From positions 1 through 64,000 of the forward strand of contig JAULAX010000015.1 of NCBI GenBank assembly GCA_032654565.1: 64,000 bases of DNA. The letters are read 5' to 3'. This DNA comes from Anaeromyxobacteraceae bacterium. Lineage in GTDB: Bacteria > Myxococcota > Myxococcia > Myxococcales > Anaeromyxobacteraceae. The position numbers were made by a program, and so were the translations under genes. Shown in pieces: positions 8,305 through 17,825 of the stretch. The notes beneath the pieces are model-generated. The model saw only the letters and a list, made by a program, of their open reading frames with translations. It ran no database searches and was not told the DNA's origin. Positions within the stretch are counted from its first letter, which is position 1. Each line of letters opens with the position of its first letter.

Positions 8305-11300
8305 TTAGGGCTTGATGGGGACGCCATTGATGGCCCCGCCCGCGACGAACATCTGATGCGTGAGTTTGCCCCCGCCGTCGACGATATACTCGTAGCGGCC
8401 GGAGACATCATTGAGTTTGCCACCCACCTGAGTGAGGGTCCTCGACGCGCCGTCACCGCCTGTGATCTCGAATGTCCTACCAGAACGCGCCGCCGCGTCG
8501 CGCATGAAGGTCGCTGCCCTGTGGACTTGGTCTCCCTTCAGCGCGCTTCCAGCTGGCTCGGCCCGTAGTAGGGCCTCTCCTGCCCTACTCAAAGCTGGTT
8601 CCGCCTGCTTGGCCGCCGCTCCACCCATCCCCATGAGCGCCGCCCCAGCAGCCCCAACCTCAGCAGTACTTGCAGCGACCGTCCCAGTAAGCGCCAGACT
8701 CGTGCCGACACCAAGGGTGAGTCCAGCAACACCGCCAATGGCAGCGCCTTTGCCGACTGCACCCCAGCTGAACCCTTCCTGGCTATTGGCAGACGAGACG
8801 GCGCCGTAGATGCCGCCGCCCACGGCGCCCACCAGCCCTGTGACAGCAAGGAACGGCATCCGCCCATCTGGGTCGACATACTTGTAGGGGTTGTTGTGGA
8901 CGTAGCTGTACCGGTTCAGGCTGGCCGGGTTCCCAGGCGATCCCATCACCGAGTCCGCCGAGATGAACCTCCCGATTTGCGGACAGTACATCCGGGCGCC
9001 GTAGTCGTGGAAGCCGGTGCCCGGATCGAAGACCCGTCCGTTGTACTGCCGGTCGCCGCCATCGCCGGCCACGCTCCACTGCTCGCCCCAGGGCTGGTAG
9101 TTGAGTCGCGCCACCACCGCCCCGCTGGCGTCGGTCCGGGCCACCACGCTGCCCAGCGCGTCGGTGTGGTACCACTGCCGCTCGGCGCAGGCCGGCATGG
9201 CCCCGGCCGCACAGCCGTCCACGGTCACCAGCTTGTTCCCCAGGTAGATGAAGATCCGCTGCTTCAAGCCGCCCAGGTCGGTCTCGGCGATGACCCGGCC
9301 CGCGGTGTCGTGGTGGTAGACCGTGTTCTGGGCGCTCGCGGTCTTCTGCACCCGCCGGCCCATGGCGTCGTAGCGGTAGCTGGCCCCGTCGGAGGAGGAG
9401 GACAGGCGGCCCGCGACGTCCCAGGTCAAGGTGAGCGAGGGGTACTTCTCTCCGCCACTGACCCAGACCGCGTCGAGCCGGTTCTTGGCGTCGTAGCTGT
9501 TCACCGTCGTGCTGCTGTCCGACTTGAGGGTCCGGTTTCCCAGCTCGTCGTAGTCGTAGACCGCGGTTCCCCACCAGTTCGGGCCCTGCGCAACGATGAG
9601 GCGATCCATCAGGTCGTAGGTGAATGACCTGCCTGAGCCCGCCGCCTCCGAGTCGGAGTGGGTCAGCACGTTGTCGGCCATGTCATAGGTGTAGTTCAGG
9701 CCGATGACCCCTGGCGCCGTGATCGTCTTGGCTCGCTGGAGGTCATCCAGCACCGTCGTCGTCACCCTCCCCGGTTGGTCGCCGTACTTCATGGTCTTGA
9801 CCTGCCCCCCGGGATGATAGGTCACGTCCGTCACGATGACTGCCCCGTTGAGCGTGATCGACGTTGTCCGGTTGGCCGTGTCGCAGGTCAGCACCAAGGA
9901 ATCGCCGGTCGTGTAGACCACCGAAATGAGGCAGCCTTGCGTGTCGAAGCCGAAGGTCGTCGTGTATGTCTGCGGGCCAAAGCTCCAGGTCTGCGACGTG
10001 ACGCGGTTCAGCTCATCGAACGTGTAGTGGTACGCCCCACCATTTGGACTGGAAACGTCTGTGATGTTGTTGGAGTTGTCGTAGCTCCTGGAGACGTCGT
10101 CACCGCCCACGGAGCCGGCTCCCGTGTAGGCCAGGCTGGTCCACCGGCTCAGGGGGTCAGCGTAGCCGTAGGTCTGGATGACGCCAAGGGCATCCCGCCG
10201 CGTGCTCACCTGGCCGATGGCGTTGTAGGTGAATGTGTTGGTTCCTGACTCCGCGGTCAGCTCGGTGCTCAGGAGTTGCGTGACCGGGTCGTAGAAGTTG
10301 CTTCGGTCACCTTGGACGAGTGGTGCCAGGACGCTCTCCAGTTTTCCGGAAACGCTGCTGCCGAATTGCCAGATACTACCCATCGGATCGGCCAGGGACG
10401 ATAGACGCTGCTCCGCAGGGCTTCCGAAGGCGGTGTAGCAGCGAGTCGTCTCTGGGTTCCGGTAGTAGGCACCTACCTGGGCCGTCACGGTATTCAACTT
10501 TGTCTTGACGCAATTGGAACTGAAACTATTTGTGATGTCCGGGGCATATGAGGCGTACGAAGGTCGCCACGCTCTTGAGACCATCACGGGGCGCCCGATG
10601 GCGTCGAGGTCGAGCTTGCTCCCCACCTCATCGGTTGCTAGCGGCGCAAACGGGTAGGAAGTGAACCAGCGCTGCCCCATCGCATCAAACCTGGCGCTCG
10701 TAGCGGTTCCTGCGGAATCAGAGGTCTTGATGGTGCGTCCGAGACCATCCAGCGTGCTCGTCTTGGTGTACAGGCCGCGCACGAGTGTCCTCCAGGAGTT
10801 GTCAGTGGCCCACGTGATGGTCGTCGAGGCGTTCTTGAGTGGCAGGGGAGGCGTCACGGTCGATGGGCGACCAATGTCGTCGTAGGTGTAGCTGGTCGTG
10901 TAGTTCCGGCCGTTCGTCTCGGTCAGCACCCAGCCCTCCCAGGAGGCCGTGCGCCGAACCGAATACAGGCCGTTGAGATCGAGGACCGTAGGAATGCCAC
11001 ATCCGCTGGCCGCTTGGCAGGAGGAGCCCGCCCCGTATCCGCTCAGGTTCAGGACCTGCCCAAGGGCGTTGGTCACCGTCTTCAAGTTCCCGACGCCTTC
11101 GGCCGCAGTGAGATGATGGCTGAAGTTGGTGGTGATGCCGCTTACGGTCTCGCTGTCTCGGGCGAAGTTGGGGCCGAGGTAGGTCCAGCTACTGGCCATG
11201 GTCTCGTTCCCTTCCGCGACTGTCTGTGAAAGAGGCCGGCCGCGAAGAATGTTCAGGGTGGGCCCGGTACCGAGGCGTGGCTTGCTGAAATAGGTCGAGG

Positions 11301-13083
11301 TCGTCGTTCGAGTCTTCGTTCCACCGAACTGCAAAGGGACTGGGAACGAATGGCCGGCCTCGTCGACCTGCAACATCGCATCGGCTTGGACACCCGTTTC
11401 GACAATGGTCTCCGCCTGACCGTAGGCATCGAAGGGCCCGTAGGTCGTCTCGAACTTGGCCGTCATGGCCGATGTTGATTTCGGGTCGCGATAGATCCCA
11501 CGGAACTCCATTGCGGCCGGATAGACGGCGCCGTCCTGAAGGTGAAGCCCCACGATGGCCGGGCACCCAGTGTCACCCGCGTAGTTTGGCGCCGAGAAGA
11601 TGACGTTCGAGATGGCGGGGAGCGGGGTCCAATTCAACTGCTCGATCTCTGCCCCGTCACCTCGGGTCATCTCGCGAGTGAGGCCTACTGCATAGGTAAG
11701 TCCACCATTCGGCGCCAAGTCGACGACCGCGCCAAACCCAAAGAAGCTGAACGTGTCCTTCTTGCCATCTGGACGGGTCACTGTCGTGACGTTGAAGTTG
11801 GTGGAAGCGCCGGTTTCCCTGTCGGTACCCGTCGTTGAACCCGGAGGGAGAGCCTGGTAGGCGTAGGTCCAGGTACCGGGCACCAGTCCTCGCCCGGTGA
11901 CGGTTCGCTGCTGCACCAAGGGCAGGGGGATCGTCGTGCTGCCCGCGAAGATGTTCCACTTCGCGTAGGTGTATGACGCTGTGGCGCCACTTGGATAGGT
12001 GATGCTGGCAAGGGCGTACTGGTTCTGCTCGACGGTTCGAGTGAAACCATATGTGAATGCGAAGCCGGGGCCGGCGGGCGGCGTGACGGATGTCAGGAAG
12101 CGCCGGTCGGGGATAGGGAACTTCCCTGGTCCGGCAGTGCTACCGGCCGCAGGAAGCGTGTATCCGTAGGAGTAGACCTTCCCGTTTGCGGTCATTGACT
12201 TGAGCCGAACGCCGTCGCCATCCGTATAGGTCCAATAGTCAAACGTCACCGTTCTTCCGTAGGTATCTACGATGCTGGCGACCGGTGGCACGTTCACTAC
12301 GTTCGGGTATTGCCCCGGTGACATGTAATCCAAGGTGATCTGGTTTCCGAACGTATCCACGATGGCCTTTGCCGGCCATACGGGCACGGTGCCGTAGTAT
12401 CCTTGATTTGCCGGGTCGAATTCGTATCGAGTCCCCGCGTTCGACCAGACGCAGGCTCCCGCTCCTGCGAGATAGGAGCAGTTCAATTCCAGGCGCCAAT
12501 AGTCCTTGGAGATCCAGGCGCCCGGCTCACTCGCAGAGGGATAGAACACGTGATTGGACCCGTCCGGCGCCTCGAAGATCGGAAGGTCACCGGAGCAGAT
12601 ATCGACGATGCCCGATGCGTTTGGATTCCGGAGGCGCCCGAAGTGAAAGGTCCATCCGTAGCCGAGCGCCGAGTTCTCGTTCTCGACCAGGAGGGGACTC
12701 GAGGAGGTCAGAAGGTCGGTCCGCCCCCAGAGTTTGCTGCTGTATGCGCGAACCACCCGGAGGTCATGTCCAGCGACGCCCGGAAGCACCAGGTCCTCCT
12801 GGACGATGCGTACCGTTCCGGTGAAGGGATCGACCAGGTCACCGTTGGTCCCTTCGAAGAATGGCTTGTGCTCAACTTCGGTGAAGCGGAAGAAGGAGTC
12901 GAACACGTCGTTCGACTGGGCCTCCGCCTCGAATGGAACGGACCCGAGAAGAGACAGCACCATGGCCGCCATGAGTCTCTGGAGGAACTTCCTCAGCCTC
13001 GCAGGAGGGGGGGCGACGGGTTCGCGTCGAGCATTCATGCCGGACCTCTTCCCTTTCAGTTCTATGGTCGTCGTGAATGTCAT
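8305..13083 (-). CDS. rhs: Large Rhs/YD-repeat polymorphic toxin with Sec signal peptide
   Basis: Signal peptide (RLRKFLQRLMAAMVLSLLGSVPFEAEA), DUF6531-like VDPFTG...LGYGW, many YD repeats, core HTDALGS...YVHNNPYKYVDPDG, a glycine-zipper hydrophobic segment and a C-terminal tip. Start is ATG 13083 (ATGA overlap with the upstream gene) or 13038. Confidence 0.95.
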   Translation of the reverse strand: MTFTTTIELKGKRSGMNARREPVAPPPARLRKFLQRLMAAMVLSLLGSVPFEAEAQSNDVFDSFFRFTEVEHKPFFEGTNGDLVDPFTGTVRIVQEDLVLPGVAGHDLRVVRAYSSKLWGRTDLLTSSSPLLVENENSALGYGWTFHFGRLRNPNASGIVDICSGDLPIFEAPDGSNHVFYPSASEPGAWISKDYWRLELNCSYLAGAGACVWSNAGTRYEFDPANQGYYGTVPVWPAKAIVDTFGNQITLDYMSPGQYPNVVNVPPVASIVDTYGRTVTFDYWTYTDGDGVRLKSMTANGKVYSYGYTLPAAGSTAGPGKFPIPDRRFLTSVTPPAGPGFAFTYGFTRTVEQNQYALASITYPSGATASYTYAKWNIFAGSTTIPLPLVQQRTVTGRGLVPGTWTYAYQALPPGSTTGTDRETGASTNFNVTTVTRPDGKKDTFSFFGFGAVVDLAPNGGLTYAVGLTREMTRGDGAEIEQLNWTPLPAISNVIFSAPNYAGDTGCPAIVGLHLQDGAVYPAAMEFRGIYRDPKSTSAMTAKFETTYGPFDAYGQAETIVETGVQADAMLQVDEAGHSFPVPLQFGGTKTRTTTSTYFSKPRLGTGPTLNILRGRPLSQTVAEGNETMASSWTYLGPNFARDSETVSGITTNFSHHLTAAEGVGNLKTVTNALGQVLNLSGYGAGSSCQAASGCGIPTVLDLNGLYSVRRTASWEGWVLTETNGRNYTTSYTYDDIGRPSTVTPPLPLKNASTTITWATDNSWRTLVRGLYTKTSTLDGLGRTIKTSDSAGTATSARFDAMGQRWFTSYPFAPLATDEVGSKLDLDAIGRPVMVSRAWRPSYASYAPDITNSFSSNCVKTKLNTVTAQVGAYYRNPETTRCYTAFGSPAEQRLSSLADPMGSIWQFGSSVSGKLESVLAPLVQGDRSNFYDPVTQLLSTELTAESGTNTFTYNAIGQVSTRRDALGVIQTYGYADPLSRWTSLAYTGAGSVGGDDVSRSYDNSNNITDVSSPNGGAYHYTFDELNRVTSQTWSFGPQTYTTTFGFDTQGCLISVVYTTGDSLVLTCDTANRTTSITLNGAVIVTDVTYHPGGQVKTMKYGDQPGRVTTTVLDDLQRAKTITAPGVIGLNYTYDMADNVLTHSDSEAAGSGRSFTYDLMDRLIVAQGPNWWGTAVYDYDELGNRTLKSDSSTTVNSYDAKNRLDAVWVSGGEKYPSLTLTWDVAGRLSSSSDGASYRYDAMGRRVQKTASAQNTVYHHDTAGRVIAETDLGGLKQRIFIYLGNKLVTVDGCAAGAMPACAERQWYHTDALGSVVARTDASGAVVARLNYQPWGEQWSVAGDGGDRQYNGRVFDPGTGFHDYGARMYCPQIGRFISADSVMGSPGNPASLNRYSYVHNNPYKYVDPDGRMPFLAVTGLVGAVGGGIYGAVSSANSQEGFSWGAVGKGAAIGGVAGLTLGVGTSLALTGTVAASTAEVGAAGAALMGMGGAAAKQAEPALSRAGEALLRAEPAGSALKGDQVHRAATFMRDAAARSGRTFEITGGDGASRTLTQVGGKLNDVSGRYEYIVDGGGKLTHQMFVAGGAINGVPIKP

Positions 13084-16000
13084 GGCGTAATGGTCAGGTT
13101 GATCGGGAAGACAACGGTGGGATCGCTCTGGAGCGCGGCGGTGATGACTACGGTCGCGTTGTCTGGGACCATGGACGGCGCCGCGTACACGCCCTGCGCG
13201 TTGATGAGTCCGTTTGTTGAATCCCCTCCGGTCACGCCATTGACCTGCCACAACAGCCTGCCTGTCTGGTCATTCTTTATCGACCCGTAGAACTGTGCCG
13301 AGCCTCCGATCTGGACCCAGTATGGCGCGCAAGGTTGAAGCAGGATTCCCTGCCAATTCCTCACATAGACCAGTGGCGGAGGGACCGGGAAGATCGTGAT
13401 GGTTCCGCTGACCGACTTGGTGGGGTCGGCATTGGCAACCGCCGTGACCGTCACTGTGCTGGGGTTCGGCATCCTGCCGGGGGCCAGGAAGAGCCCAGCA
13501 GGGCTGATCGTCCCGACGGTGTTGTTGCCTCCAACGATGCCGTTCACGAGCCACGTCACAGATGTGTCGATTGTGTTCTCGACCGGCGCGATCAGTTGCT
13601 GCGTCGTCCCGACCTGAATGATGGACGTCGAGGGAAGCGGCCCGTAGATGGCAACGGGCGGAGTAGTCACGATTGTCGCCGTGACCGTCGCAGACTGGGA
13701 AGGATCACTCGTCGAAGTGGCCAAGATCGTGACAGTGGCAGGGGTTGGTACCGTGAGCGGTGCCGTGTAGAGGCCGTCCGCGTCGATGGTTCCGACGGTC
13801 GGCGAACCGCCGATCACTCCATTGATCTTCCAAGTGAGGGTCTTGGTAGGCAAGGTGACTGTGGGCCAGAACCTGGTAGCCGTTCCGATCTGCACCGTGG
13901 CACTGGTCGGTGTCACGACCACCGGGGGAGCAGGCGCAATCGTTACTGTCGTTGATGCGCGTCTGGCGCGGTCAGCCGCCGAGATTGCCGATACAACCAC
14001 CGGATCGGAAGGAATCGTCAACGGTGCGGTGTAGACGCCGTTGGCGTCGATCGTCCCGTGGATTCCGTCGCCACCCCAGTATCCATTGACGTCCCATTCG
14101 ATTGTTGTGGATTGCCCTGGGGCTGCGTCAACGGTGGCCGCGAAATTGAACCATTGGCCCACGGGCACGGTTGGGTTCGGCGGACCCATGTAGACTGCGG
14201 AGACCTGAGACTGTAGGAGGCTAAGCGTTGCTGTTGCCGACTTTGTCTCATCTGCATTGGAGATGGCGGTGAGAGTGATCGATTCGCCCGGCGCGGTCTG
14301 CGGCGCCTGGTAGAGACCGTCCGGCGAGACGAAGCCAACGGAATCGTTCCCACCGGGGATCCCGTTGACAAGCCAAGTCACCGATGCGTCGGAGGTGCTT
14401 TGGACGGTGGCAACAAAGAACAGAGCTGTTCCGAGACTGATATACGTCCAGCTTGGACTGATGCTCACGCTGACTGGCGTGGAGGAGAGGAGCGAAACAG
14501 ACGCCGACCCGGTCGAAGTTGGATTTGCTTGGGAGGTCGCCGAAACGATGGCAGGCGCCGACGGCAGTGAGAGCGGAGCCGTATAGCGCCCGGTGGCGTC
14601 GATGGTGCCATTGCCTGGGTCCCCGCCTGTCACCCCGTTGACGCTCCATGTCACCGCCGGATTGGTGGAGTTCAATACGGAGGCACCGAACTGGAGCACC
14701 TGACCGAGGACCATCTTGGCGTGAGCTGGTGTGACCAGGACCGTCAAGGTGGGGGCCGGCTGAACGGTCGCAGTCGCTGACCCAGACTTGGTCGTATCGG
14801 CGGCGGAAACGGCCGAGATCGTCACCGTCGCGGTGTTGGGAACGGCGGCCGGCGCGGCGTAGAGGCCCGCGGCCGAGATGGTACCGAGGGATGCGCTCCC
14901 GCCGGTAGTACCGTTGACCTTCCAAGTGACCGCGGCGTTCGTCGCATTCTGTACGGCAACGGCGAACTGCTGGGTCTTTCCCACCATGACGCTGACCGAG
15001 GCCGGACTCACGGATACTTTAATGGCGGAACCGGTAATGGTGACGGTGCTCTTGGCCGAGGCCGTTGGGCTTGCAACCGAAGCCGCGCCCACCGACACGG
15101 TGACGGGTGTGGGAACACCCTGGGGGGCCTGGTAGAGGCCTGCCGCTGAGATGGTCCCAACAACGGCGTCTCCACCAGGAATCCCGTTCACCGACCAAGT
15201 CACCGCCGTATTGGCAGAGTTGAGAACCGTTGCGGTGAATTGTTTGGTCACGCCGGCCTGAAGCGAAGCGGTCGTTGGGGCCACGGTAACCGTGACTGGT
15301 TTGGCGATGGTGGCGCTGGCAGCCCCGGACTTGGTCGAGTCGACGGTGGAAACGGCCGTGACCGTCACAGCCGACGGAGTAGGCACTGTGGCTGGTGCCT
15401 TATAGGAACCGGCCGTGGAGATGGTTCCGACGGTCGCATTCCCTCCCGTCACCCCGTTCACCTTCCAGGTCACGGTCTTGGTGGTTGTATTCTGGACCGT
15501 TGCAATGAAGGCTTGCGTCGTCGCCGGAGCCAGAACGGCTGATACCGGGTTGACGCTAACGAGAACCGAAGTTGCGGTCGTGATGTTCGCGGTGGCGGCG
15601 CCCGACTTGGAGATATCGGCTGTAGGCACCGCCAAGATGGTCACCGTGCTGGGAGACGGTAGGGTTGCCGGAGCGGTGTACATGCCCGATGTCGAGATCG
15701 TTCCGACTGTCGCGCTTCCTCCGGTTGTTCCGTTGACCTTCCATGTGACGGCAGTGTTGGTCGAGCCGGCTACGCTCGCCGTAAACTGTTGGGTCTGGGT
15801 GGTCCGGATGGCCAGCCCAGCCGGAGCGACCGTTACCGAGACCAGCGGTGCTGTCACGGTGACTGTCGTCGTGGCCGACTTCGTGGCATCAGCCGAGGCA
15901 ACAGCAGAGACAGCGACGTTCGCCGGCGTCGGTACCGAGGCTGGGGCCGTGTAGAGCCCAGCGGTGGAGATGGTCCCTATCGTAGCGCTTCCACCTGCTG

Positions 16001-16952
16001 TTCCATTGACCTTCCACGTGACGGCCTTGTTGGCTGAGCCCTGCACGAGGGCCGCAAATTGCTGTGTCGTCCTTGCTCTCAGCGAGACCGGGCCCGGGGT
16101 CAGGAATACCCCGACCAGTGATGCGGTGATGGTGACTGTCGCCGAAGCCACCTTGGCTGAATTGCTGTTGGCAGTGGCTGCGACCTTGATCGCGGCAGGA
16201 CTTGGAGCGGTTGCAGGTGCCGAATACAGGCCTGAAGCAGTAACTGTCCCGACGGTCGCATCTCCGCCAATGACTCCGTTGACGCTCCAGGAGACACCGG
16301 GGTCCGTTCCGGCGGGCACGTTCGTAACGGTAGCAGTGAATTGCTGCGTCCCGCCCGCTGCGACCCCGGCGGTCAATGGACTGATGCTGATCGAAGCTGC
16401 CGGCACCACAGTGACCAAGGCCGATGCGTACGTGGTGAAGTCAGCCAGCGAGAGGGCCTGTACGAAGAAATTGGCCGGGTTTGGCACGGTGGCCGGTGCC
16501 TGATAGTTGCCAAACGGCCCTTGCGACCCGTCGATCGTACCAAATGTTGAGTTTCCACCGGCGATCCCGTTGACGAACCACATGAGGGACGGGTCTGCGG
16601 CGTTGGCGACCGTAGCAGTGAAGCGAAGCGCGCCCCCGGTCTGTACGGTTGCTGTCGTTGGGTCGACACTTACAATCAGCGGCAGGCCGGCGAAGCAGAC
16701 CCCCTGGTCCACGAATCCGCAGCTGCCGGATACGCAGCACTTCGCGGATCCCGAAAAGGCAGGACATGAATTCCCCAAGGACCCGCAGTTATCTGGATCT
16801 GCTTGGAGGTTGAAGACCCCGGTGAGTCGGCCAGCAGCGTCATAGGTGAACTTGGCGCTTGGGGGCCCGGGCGGCTCCGCTGAGGCGGCCGAGCCGGCCA
16901 TGACCTCTCCCACAAGCATCGCCATCAAGAGGTTCCGGACCGTTCTTGTCAT
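13080..16952 (-). CDS. Secreted protein with 13 Ig-like repeats, a single N-terminal YD repeat and a Cys-rich motif
   Basis: Signal peptide MTRTVRNLLMAMLVGEVMAGSAASA, then FTYDAAGRLTGV and DPDNCGSLGNSC..CC..SC, then 13 repeats of about 90 aa (V.V.P....V..G.T.QF.A.V.....V.W.VNG..GG....GTI...GLY.AP...P....V.A.S.AD.TKS). Confidence 0.9.
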   Translation of the reverse strand: MTRTVRNLLMAMLVGEVMAGSAASAEPPGPPSAKFTYDAAGRLTGVFNLQADPDNCGSLGNSCPAFSGSAKCCVSGSCGFVDQGVCFAGLPLIVSVDPTTATVQTGGALRFTATVANAADPSLMWFVNGIAGGNSTFGTIDGSQGPFGNYQAPATVPNPANFFVQALSLADFTTYASALVTVVPAASISISPLTAGVAAGGTQQFTATVTNVPAGTDPGVSWSVNGVIGGDATVGTVTASGLYSAPATAPSPAAIKVAATANSNSAKVASATVTITASLVGVFLTPGPVSLRARTTQQFAALVQGSANKAVTWKVNGTAGGSATIGTISTAGLYTAPASVPTPANVAVSAVASADATKSATTTVTVTAPLVSVTVAPAGLAIRTTQTQQFTASVAGSTNTAVTWKVNGTTGGSATVGTISTSGMYTAPATLPSPSTVTILAVPTADISKSGAATANITTATSVLVSVNPVSAVLAPATTQAFIATVQNTTTKTVTWKVNGVTGGNATVGTISTAGSYKAPATVPTPSAVTVTAVSTVDSTKSGAASATIAKPVTVTVAPTTASLQAGVTKQFTATVLNSANTAVTWSVNGIPGGDAVVGTISAAGLYQAPQGVPTPVTVSVGAASVASPTASAKSTVTITGSAIKVSVSPASVSVMVGKTQQFAVAVQNATNAAVTWKVNGTTGGSASLGTISAAGLYAAPAAVPNTATVTISAVSAADTTKSGSATATVQPAPTLTVLVTPAHAKMVLGQVLQFGASVLNSTNPAVTWSVNGVTGGDPGNGTIDATGRYTAPLSLPSAPAIVSATSQANPTSTGSASVSLLSSTPVSVSISPSWTYISLGTALFFVATVQSTSDASVTWLVNGIPGGNDSVGFVSPDGLYQAPQTAPGESITLTAISNADETKSATATLSLLQSQVSAVYMGPPNPTVPVGQWFNFAATVDAAPGQSTTIEWDVNGYWGGDGIHGTIDANGVYTAPLTIPSDPVVVSAISAADRARRASTTVTIAPAPPVVVTPTSATVQIGTATRFWPTVTLPTKTLTWKINGVIGGSPTVGTIDADGLYTAPLTVPTPATVTILATSTSDPSQSATVTATIVTTPPVAIYGPLPSTSIIQVGTTQQLIAPVENTIDTSVTWLVNGIVGGNNTVGTISPAGLFLAPGRMPNPSTVTVTAVANADPTKSVSGTITIFPVPPPLVYVRNWQGILLQPCAPYWVQIGGSAQFYGSIKNDQTGRLLWQVNGVTGGDSTNGLINAQGVYAAPSMVPDNATVVITAALQSDPTVVFPINLTITP

Positions 16953-17362
16953 GTCGCTGTTCCCTCGGCTGAGTCGCGCACTGCCAGCGAGCCTTATCCA
17001 CGGCACGCGCTACTGTTCGTATCTGTCGACTGAGAGTCTAGGGAGTTGGCGGTCATTTGAATGTTCGGCGTTCGCCCGTCGTCCCCATCCGCCACCGTGG
17101 ATTGCGTGTAGCGCCGTGACGGGCAGCAGCGCCCCTTGGCGCCCGGCTTCATCGTGGATGCCTCGTGCCGGAGAGGCAGACGAACGAGCCGGAGGAATGT
17201 GACGGAAGTCCGTATCTCCGGGTGCGATTCCGGGCACGGACCATCTGTGCGTCAGGCCGACCGTCGCAAGCTGCCATCGCCGCCAGGCGTCGTTCCGGCT
17301 CGGACGGACGGACCGTCGGGCGGGCTACTCTGGGCCTTCGCGGCGTGGGGTCGCACCCGGCC

Positions 17363-17388
17363 GTGGGGTTCCTGGCCGGGCGCTTTTT
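17363..17388 (+). terminator. Possible hairpin + T-run upstream of tusA (stem begins near 17356)
   Basis: CCCGGCC(11-nt loop)GGCCGGG followed by CGCTTTTT. Confidence 0.3.
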
Positions 17389-17432
17389 GGCACACTCCAC
17401 CCTCCCCTCTCGAGCTCTTGAAGCGAGGCCTC

Positions 17433-17660
17433 ATGGAGCAGCAGCTGGTCCACCTGGACTGCGTCGGCATGCGCTGCCCGCAGCCGGTCCTCCGCCTGGC
17501 GGTGGAGTCGGCCGAGACACCGCCCGGCACCATCGTCGAGATCGTGGGGGACTGCCCCACCTTCGAGAAGGACATCCGGACCTACTGCCAGCGGCGCCAG
17601 CGGGCCATCCTCTCGGTCCGGGCCGAGGCCGGCCGCACCACCATCCAGCTGCGCTGCTGA
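17433..17660 (+). CDS. tusA: Sulfurtransferase TusA/SirA family
   Basis: LDCVGMRCPQPVL (CPxP motif), D.P.FEKDI..YC, 75 aa, GAGG RBS. Confidence 0.85.
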   Translation: MEQQLVHLDCVGMRCPQPVLRLAVESAETPPGTIVEIVGDCPTFEKDIRTYCQRRQRAILSVRAEAGRTTIQLRC

Positions 17661-17825
17661 CCAGCCGGCGCTGAAGCGGCCCGCCCACCGCCTGCGGCAC
17701 CGAAGGTACGGCCGCGGACGATGAGCCTCTGGACAGGGCCCGGCCGATGGGACTTGATGGGGATCAAGGCCCTCCTCGCGCCGGTCGTCGGTGGGCGAGA
17801 GCGGGTCGGCAGCGGCGAGAACCCC

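Noticed and set aside
13080..16700. Periodic ~270-bp similarity as a possible CRISPR or DNA repeat array
   Set aside because: The repetition is at protein level (Ig domains) with divergent codons; there are no identical repeats with unique spacers.
17010..17430. Long intergenic region as a possible riboswitch (c-di-GMP, Moco, SAM) ahead of tusA/EAL
   Set aside because: I could not find the consensus motifs by eye; only a generic hairpin with a T-run is visible. An Infernal/Rfam scan would settle it.
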